Below, piece by piece: positions 12,401 through 24,590 of a DNA stretch of 64,000 bases (positions within the stretch are counted from its first letter, which is position 1; every line of letters begins with the position of its first letter). The position numbers were made by a program, and so were the translations under genes. The stretch is from Macrostomum lignano. Taxonomy: Eukaryota. Below the pieces are notes generated by a model. It had not been told where the DNA came from. It did no database searches and saw nothing but the letters and a program-made list of their open reading frames with translations. The DNA is taken from contig NIVC01001211.1 in the NCBI GenBank assembly GCA_002269645.1, positions 62,001 to 126,000 of the forward strand, in the 5' to 3' direction.

Positions 12401-13475
12401 GGCAGGGAAAGGTCGGCAGGGAAAGGTCGGCAGGGGAGGGTCGGCAGGGAAAGGTCGGCAGGGAAGGGTCGGCAGGGAAGGGTCGGCAGGGAAGGGTCGG
12501 CAGGGAAAGGTCGGCAGGGAAAGGTCGGCAGGGAAGGGTCGGCAGGGAAAGGTCGGCAGGGAAGGGTCGGCAGGGAAAGGTCGGCAGGGAAGGGTCGGCA
12601 GGGAATGTTCGGCAGGGAAAGGTCGGCAGGGAAAGGTCGGCAGGGGAGGGTCGGCAGGGAAAGGTCGGCAGGGCAAAGAAGCGCTGCAAGCCGCACCTGG
12701 CGAAGTCTTTCTTGAGAATGCGGAACAGGATCACGGTGACAAAGCCGATGAGGAGCAGCACGAGGATCAGCGAGTTGATCACCGACAGCCAGTGGATCTC
12801 CAGGGTCTTGGGGAAGAAGGATGTGTCCTTGATGAGCTTGGCCCGGTCCTCGAACTTGACGTCAGACTTGACCCAGGCCACCGAGTAGGTGAAGGCGACC
12901 TGACTGCCCGGCTGCAGCTTGGCGAGGTCCACGGGCGCCTTCTCCTGCGTGACCACCTTGACGAAGACGATGCGCTGGCCGCTGAAGTAGAACCTGAACG
13001 AGAAGTGCGTCCACAGGAACACCTTGTGCGAGTGCGGCACGAAGCCCGTCTCCTCCAGGTGGCCAACGAAGCCGCGCACAGGAATGTCGTCCACCACGAA
13101 CTCGAAGTAGTACAGGTCCTCCACGGCCGTGCGCAGCTGCTCCAGGTCCGCCGCAGACAGCTGCTTGCTGCACAGCACCTTGTCGGCGGCGTCCTGGCCG
13201 AACCGGATGTCGAACATGGACTGCGCCATGCGGTCTCCGTCCAGCAGCTCGCCGAGGCTCATTGACTTGTGCACAATGGTGGCCGGCCGGCACACGGGCA
13301 GCTGGTAGTAGTGGTAGGTCTCGTGCGGGTTGAAGTACGGGCCGACCTTGTTCACGTACACCTGCACCGGGCCGCCCTGCTTGTACAGCTCGGCGCCGCC
13401 GGCCGCGCGGAGCAGCGCCGCGGCGCAGCACAGCAGTAGGAGGCTGTGGAACGGCTTCATCGCGACCTGGGTCAT
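9401..13475 (-). CDS. TM9SF1: Transmembrane 9 superfamily member 1 (nonaspanin), 3 exons, 592 aa
   Basis: Exons 13475-12697, 11598-10983 and 9784-9401 have GT-AG boundaries and total 1779 nt (593 codons). The protein has a signal peptide, [35 protein letters not shown] and [13 protein letters not shown], and ends [11 protein letters not shown]...YRWWWRS...YIYTNIKMD*, which is typical of TM9SF1. Confidence 0.95.
9905..10970. repeat. Intronic tandem array, 22-bp unit (gaggtcacagcagtgagaatct)n
   Basis: Fills TM9SF1 intron 2. Confidence 0.95.
12050..12675. repeat. Intronic tandem array, 14-bp unit (ggtcggcagggaa[a/g])n
   Basis: Lies in TM9SF1 intron 1. Confidence 0.95.
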
Positions 13476-13549
13476 TGCGGCCTGAAGGAGTGAGGGCGCT
13501 GCAATTCCAGGCGCGGTGCGGACTTTGACAGCACTGCGGACAGCTGGGA

Positions 13550-13555
13550 AACAGG

Positions 13556-13615
<60 letters not shown>

Positions 13616-13688
13616 GACACACACACACACAGACAGACAGACAGACAGATAGACAAACATACAGATAGACAGACAAACAAACACAGAC

Positions 13689-13759
<71 letters not shown>

Positions 13760-13930
13760 CAGGCAGACAGACAAACAGACAGACAGACAAACAGACAGAC
13801 AGACGGAAAGACAGACAGACAGACAGACGGAAAGACAGGCAGACAGACAGACGGAAAGACAGGCAGACAGACAAACAGACAGACAGACGGAAAGACAGAC
13901 ATACAGATAGACAGACAAACAAACACAGAC

Positions 13931-13997
<67 letters not shown>

Positions 13998-14180
13998 CAG
14001 GCAGACAGACAAACAGACAGACAGACAAACAGACAGACAGACGGAAAGACAGACAGACAGACAGACGGAAAGACAGGCAGACAGACAGACGGAAAGACAG
14101 GCAGACAGACAAACAGACAGACAGACGGAAAGACAGACACAGACAGAAAGACATACAGACAGACAAACAGACAGACGGAC
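13550..14180. repeat. (ACAG)n microsatellite
   Basis: Directly visible between the EPT1-like gene and TM9SF1. Confidence 0.95.
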
Positions 14181-14760
14181 GGTGCCCCAAATAAAGAGAC
14201 ATGAGAGCGGTGTCAGTAATAAGCGGATCAGACGGTCACCCAGCAGCCACCTCTATATTTGCTGAAGCAATTCCAAAGCAGGAGACTCCGTGTGGAGACA
14301 AAAATTGCGCGGAAAAAGAACAAAAAACTTGCCCTATTTGGGGATGACAAAATGATGAATCAAGCCGAAAGGCCTCTTGTGATTTCCTGTGGGTGGCAGA
14401 AAGCAGAAGGCGGAGGCATTGCACGGGTCTGACTAGGAGATCGGGGCGGGCGGGCGCGGGCCTGCAAAATCAGAACTCCGAAATGACACAGAAAAGCCGA
14501 ATTCGAGAGGAGCCGCGAACGAGTGTTAAATTCGGGCAGTTTGGAAGAGTATCGCAGATAATTACTAATAGCTAAGAAATCAAAGCGTCGGCGAACACCC
14601 GAGCGAACTGTGACGCCAAACTGTGTATGTATGCTAAAATAAGCTAAAAATTTGCGCTGCTCTACTGCCGCGCTGGCGAGTAGCAAAGTTGGCGTGCGGC
14701 GTTTAAAATTGAAATAAAAACTGTCGGCTACGGCCAGAGCTCGGAGCTCCGCTGCCCGAA

Positions 14761-17700
14761 TTACTTGGACTTCTTCTGCGGCGACTCGATGACGAATGCG
14801 CGCAGCTTGAAGTGGTCCAGCATCTGGTTCACCTGCGGGCCGGCCGGGCGGGTAGGTCGGTAGATGGATACAGGAGTACGCAGACAGGCAGACGCGTGCA
14901 GACACAGAGGTAGAGGGAGGCAGAAGCAGATTCAGAAAGACACACGAAGAGGCAGAGGGAGATATAGGCAGACACAGACAGACACAGAGGCTAAGGGAGA
15001 CACAGGCAGAGAAAGGCAGACATAGACGGAGGCAAAGGAAGGCACAAGCAGAGACAAAGGCATAGGCAGAGGCAGAGGCAAAGGAAGGCACAAGCAGAGA
15101 CAAAGGCATAGGCAGAGGCAGAGGCAAAGGAAGGCACAAGCAGAGACAAAGGCATAGGCAGAGGCAGAGGCAAAGGAAGGCACAAGCAGAGACAAAGGCA
15201 TAGGCAGAGGCAGAGGCAAAGGAAGGCACAAGCAGAGACAAAGGCATAGGCAGATGCAGAGGCAAAGGAAGGCACAAGCAGAGACAAAGGCAGGCACAGG
15301 CAGACACAAGCAGAGAGATAAACAGGCACAGGCAGACACAGGAGAGAGATAAACAGGCACAGGCAGACACAAGCAGAGAGATAAACAGGCACAGGCAGAC
15401 ACAAGCAGAGAGATAAACAGGCACAGGCAAATACAAGCAGAGAGATAAACAGGCACAGGCAGACACAAGCAGAGAGATAAACAGGCACAGGCAAATACAA
15501 GCAGAGAGATAAACAGGCACAGGCAAACACAAGCAGAGAGATAAACAGGCACAGGCAGACACAAGCAGAGAGATAAACAGGCACAGGCAGACACAGCAGA
15601 GAGATAAACAGGCACAGGCAAACACAAGCAGAGAGATAAACAGGCACAGGCAGACACAGCAGAGAGATAAACAGGCACAGGCAGACACAGCAGAGAGATA
15701 AACAGGCACAGGCAGACACAAGCAGAGAGATAAACAGGCACAGGCAGATACAAGCAGAGAGATAAACAGGCACAGGCACTCACCACATTGCAGCCGTAGT
15801 GCACATGCAGCAGAACGCACACAGCCAGCAAGCCGATCAGCACCGCCAGCTCCTGCTGGAACGTCGGGCTCAGCAAGAAGACGGCCAGGGAAACGGCAGA
15901 GTAGATGGCGGTGAGCAGGTTGAAGGCCTGGCACTTGGTGCTGCTCATCTGGCTCACGATCAGCCGGCACTGCAAGCGGAGTTGTGGGCTCGAGCACACT
16001 AGTAAGAGACTCAGTGCTTTGCATAAAACGAAGCTGTGAAATTAGGCCGTGAGCACTTCAGTGTCAGCGAAGCAGCACTCTGTGCTGGCACACAGTATTC
16101 GCGTCAGTACATCTGCATTACCCGTGCAAAAGTACTTGAGCACTCCAGCGTCAACGACTCAACGTGAGTACCCAAGCATCATTCTGAGTACACAAGCATC
16201 ATTCTAAGTACACAAGCATCACTCTGAGTACCCAAGCATCACTCTGAGTATCCAAGCATCACTCTGCGTACACAAGCATCACTCTGAGTATCCAAGCATC
16301 ACTCTGCGTACACAAGCATCACTCTGAGTACCCAAGCATCACTCTGCGTACACAAGCATCACTCTGTGTACACAAGCATCACTCGGAGTACCCAAACATC
16401 ACTCCGAGTACACAAGCATCACTCGGAGTACCCAAGCATCACTCCGAGTACACAAGCATCACTCTGAGTACCCAAGCATCACTCTGAGTACCCAAGCATC
16501 ACTCTGAGTACACAAGCATTACTCTGAGTATCCAAGCATTACTCTGAGTACACAAGCATCACTATGAGTACCCAAGCATCACTCCGAGTACACAAGCATC
16601 ACTCGGAGTACCCAAACATCACTCTGCGTACACAAGCATCACTCGGAGTACCCAAGCATCACTCCGAGTACACAAGCATTTTCTGAGTACACAAGCATCA
16701 CTCGGAGTACCCAAGCATCACTCTGCGTACACAAGCATCACTCTGAGTACCCAAACATCACTCTGTGTACACAAGCATCACTAGGAGTATCCAAACATCA
16801 CTCTGTGTACACAAGCATTACTCTGAGTACACAAGCATCACTCTGAGTACACAAGCATTACTCTGTGTACACAAGCATCACTCGGAGTACACAAGCATCA
16901 CTCAACATACCAGCATTACTGTGAGCATCAAGGCTTCACCCTGAGCACCCCAGCCAATAAACAGGTAATCGCAGCTCACAGTAATGTTGCTGAAGACGGT
17001 GCCAAAGGCAGCATAGAAGAGCCTCGGGTAGTGAAAGATGATCTGGTTAGGCGAGAAGTGAACCCACAACGCCGAGAAAACCAGCAGGATGGCCGGAGAC
17101 AGCAGCGGCGTCATGGCGGCTGACAGGGTATTGTGGCGGCCGGTCTTGTTGGCGTAGGCGGAGTACACGTTGTAAAGCGTCAGCGGCACGCACAGGATCC
17201 AGAAGCCGACTGCGGGACCGGGGAGTCGGCATCGAGTTCAAGCTTGCGGTAACAGGAAGCCGCGACCGATGCAGCGGCACCCCATTCTAGGGCCAATGCA
17301 GCAGCAGCCCACCCTGACTGTGCCAGCCCACCCTGACTGTGCCAGCCCACCCTGACTGTGCCAGCCCACCCTGACTGTGCCAGCTTACCCTGACTGTGCC
17401 AGCCCACTCTGACTGTGCCAGCCCACCCTGACTGTGCCAGCCCACCCTGACTGTGCCAGCCCACCCTGACTGTGCCAGCCCACTCTGACTGTGCCAGCTT
17501 ACCCTGACTGTGCCAGCCCACCCTGACTGTGCCAGCCCACCCTGACTGTGCCAACCCACTCTGACTGTGCCAGCCCACCCGATGACCAATGCAGCGACAC
17601 CCATGACTCACTGTAGCAGCTGAGGATGACCAGATCAGTGTAGGTCCAGGTGCCAAAGGCAAAAGTCTGCCAGAAGCTGTCGCCCACGGCGAAGGTGAAG

Positions 17701-19446
17701 GCGTACACGGACACGAGGCTCACCTGGCTGAGGTCGTAGGCCCAGGGCAGGAAGAACATGCCAGTGACGTACTTCTCCCAGTGGGACAGCACGAACTGGC
17801 CCATGATGGCCAGGTACAGGTAGTACACCCGCACTTCGTGCCCGCCGTAGACGCCCCTGCCGAAGACGGAGTAGACGCACATGGGGAAGAACAGGGTGGC
17901 CCAGGAGTCCAGGCCGTGGTCGAACATCTCGCCAACTGGAGAGCTCGTGCCGGTGCGCCTGGCCTGCTTGCCGTCCATGCCGTCTGTGGGGGTGTCGGGT
18001 GGGCTTGCAAGATTGAATTTCACTGCTGGCAGGGTTTGAAGCTCGCAGGATTCACTGCTTCGAATTGGATGCGGGAATCATTAGAAATTCTTCCGAGGGT
18101 CCTGGGTTCGAGTCTGCGCTGAGGATTGGAGACTCCATATGTATTTGAGTCAGAAATATAAAGGACAAGGTGCACTTACTATTTGAAGTCTAAGGGAGGT
18201 CCAAGGCTTTTTCCAGATGCTTTTACATCGTGGCGTATTAAAAACCCAGTATGTATAAACAAAAAAAACTAAATGGTTGTGCCCGGCCAAGGCAGAGGCA
18301 GCAGCAGCGCCTGACTCACCGAGCGTGTGCGAGGCGAAGTTGAGCAGGGCGCTGACAAGCCACATGGCCCTGGGCACTGCCGGGTACTCCGGGAAGTCGG
18401 CTGATGAGGCGCGCAGGTCCGGGTCGAAGTAGGCCAGCAGCAGGCAGTTCAGCACCAGGCACAGGAAGCCGGACAGAGTCATCAGGTTGGGCGCCAGCTT
18501 GCGGGGCAGGAACTGCGGGCAGGTGGGAGCGGGTGAGCAGCTGAGCTGCCACCGTGCAGAGCTTGGAGGGCCAACCCGCCCTTTGGTGGTCACAGGCCTG
18601 AGGGTCACCCTGCCTTTGCTGGTCTAAGGCCTGAGGGTCACCCTGCCTTTGCTGGTCTAAGGCCTGAGGGTCACCCTGCCTTTGCTGGTCACAGGCCTGA
18701 GGGTCACTTGCCCTTTGCTGGTCACAGGCCTGAGGGTCACCCTGCCCTTGGTGGTCACAGGCCTGAGGGTCACCCTACCCTTGGTGGTCACAGGCCTGAG
18801 GGTCACCCCGCCCTTGCTGGTCACAGGCCTGAGGGTCACCCTACCCTTGGTGGTCACAGGCCTGAGGGTCACCCCGCCCTTGCTGGTCACAGGCCTGAGG
18901 GTCACCCGCCCTTTGCTGGTCACAGGCCTGAGGGTCACCCTGCCCTTGGTGGTCACAGGCCTGAGGGTCACCCTGCCCTTGGTGGTCACAGGCCTGAGGG
19001 TCACCCTGCCCTTGGTGTTCACAGGCCTGAGGGTCACCCCGCCCTTGCTGGTCACAGGCCTGAGGGTCACCCGCCCTTTGCTGGTCACAGGCCTGAGGGT
19101 CACCCTGCCCTTGGTGGTCACAGGCCTGAGGGTCACCCTGCCCTTGGTGTTCACAGGCCTGAGGGTCACCCCGCCCTTGCTGGTCACAGGCCTGAGGGTC
19201 ACCCGCCCTTTGCTGGTCACAGGCCTGAGGGTCACCCTGCCTTTGCTGGTCACAGGCCTGAGGGTCACCCTGCCTTTGCTGGTCACAGGCCTGAGGGGCC
19301 GTCCCACTCCCGCACTGGGTTGGTGCCAGTGTCCTGTAAATTTAGCATGAAGCAGGGCTGCTGCAGCAGGTGCAAACCTTGACAAGCCAGTTCCAGAATG
19401 GGTGCATCACATAGTTGGCGAACGGGCTGGTGTCCTGCGAGGAGTA
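14761..19446 (-). CDS. EPT1: Ethanolaminephosphotransferase 1 / SELENOI-like CDP-alcohol phosphatidyltransferase (5' exon not found)
   Basis: Exons 19446-19378 (YSSQDTSPFANYVMHPFWNWLVK), 18512-18320 (LAPNLMTLSGF...FDPD), 17983-17612 (CDP-alcohol phosphotransferase motif DGMDGKQARRTGTSSPVGEMFDHGLD; SHWEKY.TG..FLPW.YD.SQV), 17209-16980, 15969-15784 and 14832-14761 (TAA). All are GT-AG and phase-compatible. About 19 N-terminal codons are missing. Confidence 0.9.
14940..15780. repeat. Two adjacent intronic arrays (~40-46-bp gcagaggcaaaggaaggcacaagcagagacaaaggcatag and 32-bp gcacaggcagacacaagcagagagataaacag)
   Basis: Directly visible in the last EPT1 intron. Confidence 0.9.
16180..16910. repeat. 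Intronic tandem array, 20-bp unit (actctgagtacacaagcatc)n
   Basis: Directly visible. Confidence 0.95.
17310..17580. repeat. Intronic tandem array, 19-bp unit (ccctgactgtgccagccca)n
   Basis: Directly visible. Confidence 0.95.
18590..19295. repeat. Intronic tandem array, 33-bp unit (ggtcacaggcctgagggtcaccctgcccttggt)n
   Basis: Directly visible; gives an 11-aa periodic ORF. Confidence 0.95.
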
Positions 19447-19633
19447 CTGAAATGGAGTTGCAGCAGACCAATGAGGATTCTGGGGTCGACGCAGACCTCA
19501 ATTTTAAATATGTCATTTCTGAGATGCCATGGATCTCAGATGCATGGACCTGCTGAGATTCCAAGGCTCAAACAGGATACTGATATCTTAGGCTAGACAG
19601 CTGGCTGGATTGATGCACTTTTACAAGTGTAAT

Positions 19634-19634
<1 letters not shown>

Positions 19635-19680
<46 letters not shown>

Positions 19681-19682
19681 TG
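19635..19682. repeat. (AAT)n microsatellite
   Basis: Directly visible. Confidence 0.95.
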
Positions 19683-20064
19683 ATTACACCTGCCCTGATG
19701 GGCACATGTGCAACTGACAGCTCAGCATGTGTATCCATTGCATTGTGCATCTGAAGGCTGTATATTTTTTTATTAGAGGCAGAGGGTTGTGTGCACCCTG
19801 GCGCACTTAAGCGACATACATGTAGGCACACAACCGGCGAGAGGCATTACTGCCCATTCCGCCGACTCCCCTGAGCAGGCATACAAGCGCGCGGATTTGT
19901 ACACAGGCACACACTCACACAGGAGTGTACAGCGGCCCTAACTTTATATTATCGTTAGGCATGTACACTTCACTGCGCCTTGGGGGTTGGCTCTCAAGGC
20001 TGTTAATTGCACGAGCAGAGCCAAGCAGAGATTCCAATTCAGTCCCAAATTAATGTGACTGCAC

Positions 20065-20128
20065 TTGGAATCGAGCCTGGGTCGCTGGCACACCAGAGCC
20101 TGCGCTACCGCTGGGCTACAGCCCCCTG
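20065..20128 (-). mobile_element. Degenerate tRNA-derived SINE head or tRNA pseudogene
   Basis: The reverse strand reads ggggctgTAGCCCAGCGGtagcgc...ccaGGCTCGATTCCaa, i.e. A-box-like and B-box-like motifs. No clean anticodon arm. Confidence 0.4.
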
Positions 20129-21109
20129 AAGGCTATATATGGCTGTCTAGTCTAAGGACTGGGGGTTGCCACACACCTCCAATACCCCAGCTAATGCTGG
20201 CACTCATTTTACAGCTCGATGAACTGAAACAAAGAGTAATTAACCATCTTTATCGTTGAAGAACTAACGATAGTGACTGGGCTTTGGCACTTTGGAAGGT
20301 AAAACCAGTATAGTTAGAGTATAAAGTAGACTTGTAATAGTATTCCCTCTGATAGGAGCCATTCCAATTCTAGCTAGTGTCATAGTGGACCCACCCTATA
20401 CTCAGCAGAGTCCGAACCCAGGGCTGAACTATACTAGCATTAGCTAAAAACCACATTTAACAATGGGGATCAATTCTACTATAGGTAGTCATAGTAGGAT
20501 ACTTCTAAATTATCATATTCTACAATTGCAAGAAGTTTTTGTAGCAATATTATATTAAGATAAACTGGGTTTGTAAATCTGTAAGACTAGATTTTAGTAG
20601 AATTGATTCAAAACAAAAGTTCACGAATATATTACAATATAATTCCTTCTTTTCTCATTTTTTATGACCAACCTATACTTTCAGTATGAACTTTATAAAA
20701 TGAAATGCAAGTATTGGAGTTTGGCTTCATTAATATAAAAGTATATTTATGAATTTTTATACTTGCATATAACTGCATACTTGCATTAGATGCTTAAATG
20801 AGATCAATCAATCAATATTAGGCAAAAAATCAAGCCTTTGCTTTAAGTTGCCAATTGCTCATTGACTCATTTGACTATTCATTGAACAATTTTAAACATT
20901 TTGGTACTAGATCATACATGCGCAACTGCTGGCCGACCTGGCCGATCCGGCCACCGTAAATCGTGGCTGACCAGGGGTAAGTCGCAAAATTGAGTCAACC
21001 AAAAACAAAAAAACACAAGAACCAAGAAAGGCAAGAGGAAAGCAAAAGAAAGAGCAGTTCAGGGAAAATGGTGAAGCAAAAGAAAAACAATTCGCAAAAG
21101 AAGCAAACT

Positions 21110-21700
21110 AAGTCGCAAAAAGGATCAGGTAAGTCGCAAAAGGATTAGGTAAGTCGCAAAAGGATTAGGTAAGTCGCAAAAGGGTTAGGTAAGTCGCAAA
21201 AGGATCAGCTAAGTCGCAAAAGGATTAGGTAAGTCGCAAAAGGATTAGGTAAGTCGCAAAAGGATTAGGTAAGTCGCAAAAGGGTTAGGTAAGTCGCAAA
21301 AGGATTAGGTAAGTCGCAAAAGGGTTAGGTAAGTCGCAAAAGGATTAGGTAAGTCGCAAAAGGATCAGCTAAGTCGCAAAAGGATTAGGTAAGTCGCAAA
21401 AGGGTTAGGTAAGTCGCAAAAAGGATCAGCTAAGTCGCAAAAGGATTAGGTAAGTCGCAAAAGGATCAGCTAAGTCGCAAAAGGATTAGGTAAGTCGCAA
21501 AAGGGTTAGGTAAGTCGCAAAAGGATTAGGTAAGTCGCAAAAGGATCAGCTAAGTCGCAAAAGGGTTAGGTAAGTCGCAAAAAGGATTAGGTAAGTCGCA
21601 AAAAGGATTAGGTAAGTCGCAAAAGGATTATGTAAGTTGCAAAAAGGATTAGGTAAGTCGCAAAAAGGATTAGGTAAGTCGCAAAAAGAAGCAACTAAGT
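21110..21700. repeat. Tandem array, 20-bp unit (aggtaagtcgcaaaaggatt)n
   Basis: Directly visible inside the element above. Confidence 0.95.
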
Positions 21701-21863
21701 TGCAATAAGAGGGAAGTAAGTCACAATCAGAGGCAATCAGGGGGTAGTAGGTGCAAGTGTGGCAGGAGAGCAAAAACAGAATAGAAGCCTTCAACCACAG
21801 ACAAGATCTTTGAAATCAGAAGCCCGCGTCAACAGTTTCCCATTGATTTCTTAAACTCTGGAG

Positions 21864-21910
21864 CAGGGGTTGGCAAACTCCGGCTCGCGAAGCCCCTCTA
21901 TCTGGCCCTC
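21864..21910 (+). mobile_element. Solitary hAT-Charlie/MER58-like terminal sequence
   Basis: CAGGGGTTGGCAAACT preceded by ctctggag; the partner TIR was not found. Confidence 0.4.
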
Positions 21911-23962
21911 GCCCCTCGGGTTCTTTGAAACTTCCTAACTACGAGTAGCAAGGTTGGTGTCTCTTCAACTCTCATCTCTCTCTTCTTCTCTACCTTGCCT
22001 CCCCTCTTCTCTCTCTCCCCCCTTTTCCCTCTTCTCTCTCCTCTCATTTTTACTCTCCTCTCTTCTCCCCTTTCTCTCTACCCTTTCTCCTCAATGCCCT
22101 CTTCTCTCCTCTTATCTTCAGCAAAAATATGTGCATATTTTCTTACTTCAAAGTAGAGGGAATAGAAGATTAGAGATAAGCAAACAGAGGGGAGGCGAGC
22201 GATGCGATGGGAGAAAAGATAGAAGAGGAGAGAAAAGCTGAGGGAGGAAAAAGAGATGAGAGAGAAGAGGAGATTAGAGGAAAGAGGAAAGAAAAGATGA
22301 TGGATGAGATCAGAAGAGAGGAAAGAGGAAAGAGGAGAGAGTAGATGAGAGAAGAGAGGATAAAGAGGAGATGAGAGGAGAGTGAAGAGAGGAGAGTGAA
22401 GAGAGGAGAGATGAGAGAGTAGAAAAGAGAGGAGAGATAAGATGAGAGAGTAGAGTGGAGAGAGACGAGAGGGAAGATAAGATGAGAGAGTAGAGTGGAA
22501 TGGAGAGACGAGAGGAGAGAGGAGAGGAAAGAGAGAAGGGATAAGGGATGAGAGAGAAAAGAAAAAGAGGATGAGAAGATTGAGGAATGGAGAGAATTTG
22601 CAAAGGCCTCAAATCTTAGTTTAACATGCATTACTCCCATCTTTGCCTTTTTCCTAACTGTTAACAAGTTTTTGTTTGAGCATGACTTCAAATTTAGAAT
22701 CTATGCAAAAATAGTTCCGGGAATTAGAATTCAGTGGCTTAAAAATCTGTGGGTTTTCACAGCTTGTATCTCTACTGGATTCGTATTCTGCATCTGATGA
22801 GCCATCTGAATCAGGGCTCTCATCTTCCATGCCAAATCGTCTAGCAAATCGTTCTTGAGCTATAGGTCACACTGTATTCACTTCACTTACTTCTGGACAT
22901 TCATGAATCATGACTTTTGTAGTATGCTCACTACACTGTACTGACAATTTACTAATTGCTTCATGCTGCCACTAGATGACATACTGATTAGCTGTTATAA
23001 AAAACGCGGAATCTGCACGCAGCACTAATTAGCTGGCGAGGCATTTAGCTTTAAAAATATGGTCATAGTTACTCCTGCCGTTTACCTAAAGTTTTTGCTT
23101 GGCTCTTTCATAGGTAAGTCGCATTTTTTATCGAAAACTAAGTCGCACGGCCAGCGTAATTTCAGAAGTTGCGCATGTATGTACTAGATTATAGCACATT
23201 TAGCAAGTATAATAGCAAGTATAACAAGATAATAACCCTAAGCATATCAGTAAATCTACTTAGGCATGGTTTAAGAATAAGAAACTAAAGCTAAGAAACT
23301 AGCTAAGTCAAGGCTAAGAAGATTATTGAAAAATCTTTGGTTTAATTTAAAGAAAACTATTCATGCTTACAGACTTAGAAATCTAGATAGAGGGACTTGG
23401 AATATACCATTGGTATACAACTTGGTATATAGAGAGGCCTATATAGAGGATCTATTGGTATGTAGAAAGACTTCTTCAAGTTTATATTGATAAATCAGTT
23501 GCAGTTTTGATAGGATGATAATTTTATCTCTATAAAGGTTTTTGATAATGTTGATTTCAAATTTGAGCTTTGTTTTGAAAAGCCAACAACAGGGCATGGG
23601 GAATGGGAGGTTTTTTGGTAGGGAGATTCTTAATAAAGATGGTTCTATCAATGTAAACTAAACGAGGCATGAAGACCTATTCAAGATTATATTGATAAAT
23701 TCTAGTCTTAGAAGAGGGTCAACCATACCAAAAAAAGGATCAATGACCAACCACTGGGGTGTGGGAAATAAGGGGTTTTAGGATGAGGAGATTCTTTATG
23801 AGGATTGATTTTATCAGTGTAAAGTTGAATAGAGGCATGGAGACCTATTCAAAAGGTCTTCCTAAAACATGTATTGCACTACCTCACAGTGCTACACATT
23901 AAAACAAATTGGACTATAACTAAAGACATTTCAAAATGAATTGTCTATTTAAGCTTCAAGTT

Positions 23963-24115
23963 CATGCTTGGGCACAACCTTGGAATTTACTTGGCCAACC
24001 TTGTAAGTCGCTGTTGGCTGAAAGTAGTCATGTGACTACTATTCTGTCCAATAGCAATTTACATATGTGTTGCCAATAGAAATGGCCAAGTGATTCCCAA
24101 GGTTGCACATGTGTG
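23963..24115. mobile_element. MITE related to the CATACATG family, 153 bp
   Basis: Imperfect ~30-bp TIRs; perfect TSD ttcaagtt (23955-23962 and 24116-24123). Confidence 0.7.
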
Positions 24116-24590
24116 TTCAAGTTTTTATTCAATTTATTTTTTTACTTTAAATTTAATCCTTAGTATGAAAATCAAGCTATCAAAGACTTTCTTTTCATTT
24201 TCTATGGCCCAAAAGAAGGGTCTATGGAGCAACCATAGACAAACATTTCATTAGACAAACATGGATATAGCAGACAAAATTTAGTGAGCAGAGCAGTGAT
24301 AAAAGTTTTGCTATAGCCCAAGATGCAGTGGATGAGCAGAATCCTGCAGGGCAAGAACCCTATCACAAGATAAGCAACGAAAAGTGCAACCTGATTGTTG
24401 CTACCATTGAGAGAGGTGATAGTGCTGAGCACATTTTGCAATGGCTGGATGTAAAGAGAAAAAAGTGCATTCTAGCAGTTGTCGCTATGAAATAACAGGC
24501 CTGTTTTGATTGGTTTCTCTGAAATCAAAGTGTTAATGTTAATCATTTTTTGCAGATATTATTTCAGTGAAGTTATTTGTAAAGGATATA

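Larger units (their letters stand above)
20913..23181. mobile_element. Non-autonomous 8-bp-TSD (hAT-like) DNA element, 2269 bp
   Basis: TIR catacatgcgcaact / agttgcgcatgtatg; perfect TSD tactagat (20905-20912 and 23182-23189). The interior holds a 20-bp array and CT/GA low-complexity tracts. Confidence 0.85.

Noticed and set aside
18090-18115. tRNA T-arm-like gtcctgggttcgagtc
   Set aside because: No acceptor stem or D-arm; at most a SINE fragment.
264-19385. Many long repetitive ORFs (e.g. 327-1988, 6771-7694, 12862-14202, 14360-16024, 18657-19385)
   Set aside because: They are open in several frames on both strands only because the tandem units lack stops; several lie in introns of well-supported genes.
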